64,000 nt of DNA from Tubiluchus corallicola (Eukaryota; Animalia; Priapulida). The DNA lies in assembly GCA_030141605.1 (NCBI GenBank), contig JAQGDQ010000643.1, positions 1-64,000 on the forward strand, in the 5' to 3' direction. The notes below the pieces were generated by a model that ran no database searches, had not been told where the DNA came from, and was given only the letters and a program-made list of their open reading frames with translations. Both the position numbers and the translations under genes were made by a program. Numbering within the stretch: the first letter of the stretch is position 1; each line of letters opens with the position of its first letter. Below, in pieces: positions 56,214 to 64,000 of this stretch.

Positions 56214-57608
56214 TTACGTTTCCATACTGGACTCAGGTGCCTTCATCTGCGATTGCTCGACAGACGGCAGCTCCTTTGTTCCAGTGGCAACGTCGGGGGT
56301 TTTTCCACCCTCGGTACTCACTTCTGGACCCTTATCCACCGTTTGAACAGGTGTTTCCGGTTCCTTGGCTTTCCCTTGGTTTTCCTTTTTCTTTTTGGAC
56401 TGGAACGTGACTCGTTTGCATCCGGCGTACGGAGCAAACTCCAGTCGTTCCAGACCTGACAGGGACGGTTTCCAGACCGCTACTACGTGTAGCATTCCGC
56501 CGACCCCTTTTGACCCACCGCGGACCTCCATGTGCTTCCGTTGGAGTTCCGAATTACATCGGTCCACCAACATCAGCAGATCCTAGATTTTGATATCATC
56601 CTCATCCGGAATCCAAACCCCGAAGGTCCTTGCTGGCGGAAGATCTTTCGGTCCTCTCGCCTCGTACCCCGGGTGGCCCACAGATGGGTTTTCAATGTCC
56701 AGGACAAGCTGTTTTGCCCACTCCAGGGTTTTCTCGTCCTTGCACACGACATGGACTTTACCTTCATGTAGGTAGGTCCTCTCAATGCGGACAAGAAACC
56801 CCGGATCCGTTCTGAGAAGGACACGGTTGATCCCCGACTGTATTGCCCGTAAATCCGAGCCGTCCAGAGGGTCGTCTCCCGCGTCCTTTTTTGTAATTTT
56901 AAGGTGTTGGCCGCCAGACTTCACAGCCTTGGCGTATGAGGCCTTACTGCTTCCTTCTGTGCCTTCACCCTTTTGACCTTCCTCTCCCTTATGCCCCGCT
57001 TGCCCGGAGTCACCCCGGGGTCGCTTCACGTTCGAGATCGGACTTGGAGTTGAGAGAGCGCTGCTCGTTCTCTTTTTCACCACCGATGGGTTAGGAGTGG
57101 GAGCCTCCTCCTGATTGGCGATCGACATAGCCGACACACCTTTCAGAAGTCGTCTCTTTTCCTTCTTCCGCCGGTTTTTTTCATGATTTTTCCCCATCGG
57201 TTTCGATTCCTCGGGCTTGCTGGGCTCATTTGGAGCACCAGGATTCCGGGTATCTACTCCTTCTGGGGCAGGTACGGTGTTCAGAGTATACTCTGACAAC
57301 GCCGAACCTTTACTGGTCTTTGTAGTCCATGGATTCCCTTTTTCAGAGACTTGCATGTCCTCAGTTTCTTCCAAGAACTCCATAATTTTCGGCTGTTCTG
57401 GTTTCAAATCTGGTTCACGGGAAGATCCGGCTTTCACCGGCTTGTTCCCTGCAGCTTCGTTTAAATTTTGATGACGGGAAGATCCGGCTTTCACCGGCTT
57501 GTTCCCAGCAGGTTTTAATTTTGTTAGGGTAGGGAGCCGTGCTGGACTCGATTTTTCTTTCTCGTTCATTTCATAAGTTTGTTGGTTTTTAAAGCGGGTA
57601 AACTCCAA
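56214..57608 (-). pseudogene. Retrotransposon ORF1 (basic, gag-like) with one in-frame TAG at 56583-56585
   Basis: ORFs 57608-56583 and 56573-56214 are in the same frame; SYAKAVK and LEWAK...LPP..VWIP resemble LOA-type ORF1 (DUF4780-like, from recall); short internal repeat AGNKPVKAGSSR x2. Confidence 0.8.
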
Positions 57609-58079
57609 CCCAGGAGCCGACTGGCACTCACCAGCCCCCTCCGACCGGAAGAGATCAGGGACCTAGTACTGACGGACTTGTCAACGAAAGGTGGCCTCGG
57701 GAATGCCCCCCCAACGCACTCGCAGGCCCCTATCCAGTCGCCAACTGGAGCTACGAGTGCGAGGAGATTTTCACGAGTTGACGGAGGCAGCCCTCCCAGG
57801 TGGCTAGACCAGGAGCGGGCCTCTAGAACTACCTCGTGGCCGCGGCACGGAGCGCGTTTTAGACCTGTACCCTCCTTCACGATGAGATTCCGTCATAGGT
57901 TCCTTTCCCTCCCCCGCCTTTAGAGACAAGGTTCATGACAGCCGGTGGCCTTTGGAGGACAGACTCAGATTACGGAATGGGGAAGACTTCGGAGAAAACA
58001 GGCTTCTCGCTTTCGCTTGTTCCTGAGTTCCTAATTCTCCCACCACGCCCCATCCTTGTTCATTCCCCAGCAGCCAGGG

Positions 58080-58170
58080 TGTTCCTAGTCAGCCAGAATC
58101 ATTTGATAACCCTCGGGTCCATCATCTGTTGCCCGCGCGACACCACGTGGAGGTCAGGAACATGCCGCGC
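58080..58170 (-). ncRNA. HDV-like self-cleaving ribozyme at the element 5' end
   Basis: Minus strand GCGCGGC-AU-GUUCCUG-ACC-UCCACGU-GGU-GUCGCGC-GG-GCAA-CAGA...UCUG-GCUGAC-UAGGAAC. P1, P2, P3, P1.1, P4 and the J4/2 C-N-R-A motif all map onto the HDV double-pseudoknot. Confidence 0.88.
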
Positions 58171-58171
58171 C

Positions 58172-59248
58172 TGTTAAATGTACATTTAACTGCCTCAATG
58201 TTAGAATAGATAAAACTGTTTCAAAGTTGACTGGAAAAATTCACAGCGTAAATAAAAAATCATTGAGCCATGCGATTTAAATTACGCTTTGCCGTGATCA
58301 CAAAAAGCTACGTGATAATGTACTACTATTCATTTCATATTAAAGTTTAATGTTTCAAGTGTGGTACATAGCAAGCCAAGTCCCAATGAAGAGGGATGAA
58401 TTAACGTTATAACAAAACACATACCTAGTTGTCTATCGAAGTGTCCGGTAGGCCGAAACATGGCTTAAAACTGGATTCGCTTTGGAATCTTTCAGAGCAA
58501 AAATGAGTAAAAAGCACCTGACAATTTCGCTAAGGTACTGTACAGCATCGTCACTATCGTGACGTCATGGGCAAACAGCATTTACCAGACCGAACAAATC
58601 GCTAAACGATCATTTATTAACGATCGAGTAAGGTCTGTCGTGTGTGTACAGTGCAAAGTGGATCTGTGTGATTTTGATAGTTTCTGATTTGTAAACTTTT
58701 CGGAAGTCATTCACGAGTTTCGCTTGCAACTCGTCTACCGGGTTGGTTTAAGCAATGATGCAGTGTGTTAAAATTTTTAAATCTGAAAATTTAAGACTAT
58801 AGCAGCAACTTGAACTTCGTGTCGGAAAAAGGATGACTTGATTAGTACCGTAATTTAGTATTCCAATCATTATGCCTTACCATGACCAATATACTCTTAG
58901 TCAGTTTTGCGGTTCAGAATTTTGGGTACGTCACTATTCGTTTAATAGAATAGATTTCCTTACCTAGTTTAGTGTTGTGATGTTTATGTAACAGGTAATA
59001 AAAGTATTAGTAGCACGAGATATTTGAGATATCTTCATTCAAAACTTTTTAACAAAGGTTAGCATGGAAGTGTGTTACACTATGCAATGAATGAGCAATC
59101 GGCAAGGGTGATTGCAGCCCAGACCCCCAAACAAAGTATTCCATAGTTATCGCTACAGTGCTCTTCGGAACCAAGAAATAAATAAATATATATGTCCAGG
59201 ACCAGAATGATAGAATGTATTTGGTAATTTATATTCTGTATTTGCATT
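58172..59248. repeat. Right copy of the 1077-bp duplication, including the second bidirectional promoter (58462-58871; CRE 58560-58567)
   Basis: Matches 51218-52294. Confidence 0.97.
58425..58461 (-). other. Duplicated HGS first coding exon ([12 protein letters not shown]|gt)
   Basis: Identical to 51471-51507 with an intact donor; it lies about 250 bp upstream of the retroelement 5' end in the same orientation. Confidence 0.88.
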
Positions 59249-62200
59249 AGTACCTATTAATAGAGAATTTTTGCTGCTGTCAAACAACAAAAAGTTCTGA
59301 TTCTGAAGTAACCTCACTACAGTCACAGTCAGAATCAACACAGTAGGCCTACGTTTCGCTACAGTCCCTGACTCTACAGATACATTTTTGAGAACGTAAA
59401 TTACTTAGATTCTGACTTTAACAAATTTACAATCAGCTGGTGACTGTGGAATGCGTTCTAGAGAACAGTTAACTCTAGACTTTTCTACGATGATTGTGAT
59501 GTCACTTCTGTGGCCAAAGTTATGAATAACTCTTCTGTGATTGCAGTGGAAACTCTCTAATATAGCGGTGTTTCAGTATGTAAAAATTTAAGCAATTTGT
59601 GTTTGTATACTATACATACATACTAGTTACACAAGTATAATATACACAGTAGGGAGGGTGATAACCTGGTATTCTGTTAGATATACTAGATGTAGGACTT
59701 TCTTATCTATCTGTAAAGTACACTTAGGAACCAGATTTGTATTAGGCCGATAGCCTGTTAATCAGAAAGTGTTTACTTAATACGCTGTACTGTCTGCTTT
59801 GCTTTGTTAACTATAAAGCATGTACTGAATTCATGCTTTATTTGCTAACTTTTCTAATCATATGGAATAGTATTCGTTATTTATAATTAATGGTGAGCCT
59901 TTGCATGTATAACCCGTAGTTCTTCACCTTCAGTTTGTTGTTTTGGGGGATTGAGAGCGGGAGATAGAGAGTTAATTTATTTACTTTGATTTTTAATTCT
60001 TTATTTTGAACTTAATTTCATATTATAATTTACATATATACAACGTACAATATTATAAAAAACAAAAACCAATACATACAAATTACACAAATTTACATAA
60101 ATACAAAAGTTGCAATAATAATCTGCACCACTGCTGGCTTATGTGTGATGTAATTTTAGCTTCGCTTGCTGGAATTTTCTGACATATTAAATTTTACTGG
60201 AATCAGATTTTTTCGTTGAAGTTAATACACGTTTTCTATGTAATGCATCGAAATACGTCACGTGAATTTCAATACAGGCAGGCAGAGAGAGGAGAGAGGG
60301 AAAGAGGAGGAGAAGAGAGAGAGAGAGAGGAGGGAGGGAAAGAGGAGAAGAGAGAGAGAGAGAGTGAGTGAGAGAGAGAGAGAGAGAGAGGTGGGAGGGA
60401 AAGAGGAGGCAGAGAGAAAGAGAGAGAGAGAGAGAGGAGGGAGGGAAAGAGGAGAAGAGAGAGAGAGAGAGAGAGAGACTGAGTGAGAGAGAGAGAGAGG
60501 AGGGAGGGAAAGAGGAGGCAGAGAGAAAGAGAGAGAGAGAGGAGGGAGGGAAAGAGGAGAAGAGAAGAGAGAGAGAGAGAGAGAGCATGAGGGGAAGTTT
60601 ATTAATTTTTTATTTGTTTTGTATTTTTAGAATGTGAATCTGACATGGAACACTGACCAGCCAGACTTGACTCCATGCTTTGAATGGACGTGCCTGCTGT
60701 GGAGTGTTTGTTTTTTTCTGGTGCTGTTTTTTCCAGTCCACATCGGCTCCGTGTTGCGTGCGAAGGATTCGCCCTTAGAACATAGTTGGCATAACATATC
60801 AAAATCTGTAAGCAAAACATCTGCAGTATATAAGAAATACAAATATTAGTTCAAAATCTTTCATTTTAGAATTTGTTACAATGTTTAATCATGTGACTGT
60901 TCGTTTTTTTGTAGTAACTAATAGATTGCTAAGACGTTCACTTGTTGTATGTTTTCAGATTGTTACCGTGTTGCTGTTTCTAGTTGCCTTTATAGAATAT
61001 TCCTACAGTTTATACCAGTGGAAGCAGGATATCTATGTACCAAATGAAGCGTTCGTTTCTCCAATTATTTTAGCAGCATGTTTCGTAAGTTAATCGCTCT
61101 TTATAAAACTTTATACCAATACAAAAATGACAAGGTCTATGATGAAGGTTTCAGCAACTTTTAAAGCAAATTTTGTAAATATTTATCAAATTCAAAATTG
61201 GCTTTCAAATAATGAAGTGCGTTATTGGTATTTTGTCCTTTGGGTTCTCTATGGCACAATAAGTTTTTAGAGATTAGCAATGGAATATTAGCAGATATGA
61301 TTTACTGTAACTGAAGTACCAACAATGTGTTTACATAATATTTAAGCACCTGATTGCTGTCTCATTTTTTTAGTAAGTAGAGCATTTCTCACGTTTTTAA
61401 ATATCTAAATTAGCCTTTGATCTCCAACATTTCTGATGTGGATGTTTTATAGGGTTCGGTTGCTAGCACAGCACCCAATTCTGGTTTTAGACTGTTTTAA
61501 GACAAGTATGGTTAGCTATGAGGTCAATGACAGCAGACTCCAGCATGTTGTGTCTGGGATATAATCATTTTCCAACATTTCTTCTTTTCAGATACTGATT
61601 CTGTACATGATCCAGTTCGATAGGGATCATGGGGAACGTTCCCCGGGATTGCTTTTCCTTTTTCTTTTTCTTTTGGTCGTACACGGAGCTGTTGTACTTC
61701 AGACTGACATTCGTACCATCATTGCTGAGGTAAAAGTAGCAGCATAAACCAAAAAGTGCTCCAAAAATCACCACCATGTAAAGTACTTAACATACACGAA
61801 TGGTTAAACATACGATTTTGCAGGGCAGGGCTATAGACAGCAGTTTCGCACGGCGATTATCAGTAGCTCAGCTCTGATGTAAATTTATAGCTTAATGTGT
61901 GCTAAATATTTTCATCATTTGCAGAGCACTTTTGATGCTAGTGTTTCAGTTATGCTATACTATACATTTAAATAAATTATTGCTCCTGTACTGTGCAGAA
62001 AGACTTAATTTGATGAGCTGACTTGCGAAACAAATTATGTGACGTACAGCTAACATGGCTGTTCTTCTTTTAGCTACATTTTATCAAATTTCTTATGCTA
62101 TTTTAGTGTTTTAAGTTGGTGTAAAAGTACTTATTAGAATACTTAGTTCTTGCTGTTTTCTTTGAACTGCTTTGAAGAGAAGTTTGTATCATGTTACTTA

Positions 62201-63530
62201 GTGCGATTGTGTCATAGTGCATAATTATTTACATTGTAATTTGTAAATGTCAGTGGTACCTTGATACTTTGGTGATGTTGTAGGTACCAACATATTGATT
62301 ATTGATTCGCGTGTTATTATTGTGTTGTTAATTTTTTTATGTGAAAAACTAATAAATCTGGTGCTTCAGTACTTCAGGTAAACTTTGCAATGTGGTAATA
62401 AAATCTTAGGGAAATTTTCTACCTTTTCAGCTGTGCAGATGTAGATTTACGATAAATGCCGACAAGTCATCATTGATTATTTTTCAATGTTAATACAGTC
62501 AATTTATTAACAAACAATATACCATTTTTTAAAATTTAATCGTGCAATACTGTATAAGTTGAGATGCATCGTTCAAAGTCATAGTTTTGATTTCTACTCT
62601 CGTTTTCACACACAGAGTTAATGCTTAATTATGCAAATACGCTTTTCTGGGGCACTCTATTGCGGAATAAATTTTAGCCCGCTAGAAATTTTATTTAATA
62701 ATAGTAATTGTGCATGTAATTGTGATATCATATAATCGTCGCAAATAAGCAAAATCGCTTTGACGTCGTTGCGTCTAATTAGCGTTCAGACATTTGAATC
62801 ATTGTATTTGGCGTAGTGACCGGAGAAAAATGTTTTTTTCAGGGCAAAAACCAGGACGAGTTTCGATTTACGGTATTTTGCATTTACTACTGTCTGGTGC
62901 TGGTTTTGTTTGTGCTGAGCTGCTTTGCTGACCCGGCTGATCCGGTTGTTGTGCCCGAATTTACCGAGGTTTGTTCATGCATTATCTGTCGTTCATGTCA
63001 TTCCGTTGACAAAGGTAACAAAGTGGTCACGACGTGTTTTTTACTGCCACATTTAAGCAGCGTCGAGGCTAGTCAGTTAATAGATAAGTGACTCCCGAGT
63101 TTAATATTGTATGCGATTTCATTTGCCATGCTGATTCTGGTTGTTCACCTTGTAAAAGGGCTTACATGCATACATGACTAAGATGTCTCTGCTGGTTCAG
63201 AGATGTCGCACCGCCCCAAGTTGCAGCACGTTGCTAGATGTCTCGTCACAACTAACTGCATTAAGTCGGTCTTCCCAGTGAGCGCTGGCGTTCCGACCTT
63301 TATAAAAGATACGGTACTTTAAAATCATTAAACTACTTAATGTGTTAACTATGTCCATTTCATTATAACAATATACGAAATTTGTGTGTTAGGTTAGGCA
63401 TGATGCTCATTAGCTACTTGCTTATAATAGACAGATTATAGTGTGATTTATTGTGTTTTCTTCTGTAGAGGCCATGCCGGGAGAAAAGGACGTCTTTTCT
63501 AAGCCAGATAACCTACTGGTGGTGTACAGG
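58872..63530 (+). CDS. ABCC1: ABCC1/MRP1-like long ABCC transporter, exons 1-6 (TMD0 and start of L0); gene continues past the window
   Basis: Exons 58872-58925, 60631-60807, 60959-61084, 61592-61729, 62843-62968, 63469-63530. FCGSEFW|NVNLTWNTDQPDLTPCFEWT... and RPCREKRTSFLSQITYWWCTG match the MRP1 N-terminal motifs; the exact paralogue is uncertain. Confidence 0.88.
60280..60585. repeat. (GA)n-rich polypurine compound microsatellite
   Basis: Directly visible. Confidence 0.95.
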
Positions 63531-63992
63531 GTAAGCTGTGTAGAAATAACCATGTGTTACTCTATGCTTCTTAACTTCATGTGTTTTTTCGTGTGATGTG
63601 CACAGAATTCTTACGTTGTACAGGGTAAGCTGTGTAGAAATAACCATGTGTTACTCTATGCTTCTTAACTTCGTGTATTTTTCCGTGTGATGTGCACAGT
63701 AATCTTACGTTGTACAGGGTAAGCTGTGTAGAAATAACCATGTGTTACTCTATGCTTCTTAACTTCATGTATTTTTCGTGTGATGTGCACAGTAATCTTA
63801 CGTTGTACAGGGTAAGCTGTGTAGAAATAACCATGTGTTACTCTATGCTTCTTAACTTCGTGTATTTTTCCGTGTGATGTGCACAGTAATCTTACGTTGT
63901 ACAGGGTAAGCTGTGTAGAAATAACCATGTGTTACTCTATGCTTCTTAATTTCGTGTATTTTTTCGTGTGATGTGCACAGTAAACTTACGTT
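63523..63992 (+). repeat. ~94-bp tandem repeat x5 starting at the ABCC exon-6 donor
   Basis: tgtacagg|gtaagctgtg at 63523, 63617, 63711, 63804 and 63898. Confidence 0.95.
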
Positions 63993-64000
63993 TTGTTTTC

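Larger units (their letters stand above)
52295..58171 (-). mobile_element. Full-length non-LTR retrotransposon, LOA/R1 group with RNase H
   Basis: ORF1 plus ORF2 (APE-RT-RNase H-CCHC), (CTAAA)3 3' tail at 52292-52306, 5' HDV-like ribozyme; clearly GC-richer than the host flanks. Confidence 0.95.

Noticed and set aside
51218-59248. The flanking 1077-bp direct repeats as LTRs
   Set aside because: They consist of host exons and promoter, lack TG...CA ends, PBS and PPT, and the interior is an APE-type non-LTR element with no integrase.
60187-60637. RE-rich and LS-rich ORFs
   Set aside because: Translation of a (GA)n microsatellite.
61565-61777. Minus-strand membrane-protein-like ORF
   Set aside because: Antisense shadow of ABCC exon 4 (61592-61729).

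Overview
AT-rich, intron-rich animal (invertebrate-like) genomic DNA. It contains four spliced genes: the last two coding exons of DNA-PKcs (PRKDC, +, not in the ORF track), a complete 19-exon EF-hand/WD40 gene (+, ~1049 aa), a complete HGS/Hrs gene (-), and the first six exons of an ABCC1/MRP1-like transporter (+), which sits head-to-head with HGS. The main finding is a ~5.9-kb full-length LOA/R1-group non-LTR retrotransposon (ORF1, APE-RT-RNase H-CCHC) flanked by a 1077-bp direct duplication. The duplicated unit contains the whole HGS/ABCC1 bidirectional promoter and the first coding exon of both genes, so both host genes remain intact. The spare HGS-direction promoter points into the element's 5' end, which begins with a canonical HDV-like self-cleaving ribozyme fold. 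Introns also hold hAT-type MITEs with 8-bp TSDs, a Helitron inserted into a minisatellite, and several tandem arrays that amplify real splice junctions. All exon models and family assignments come from manual translation and recalled homology; no searches were run.
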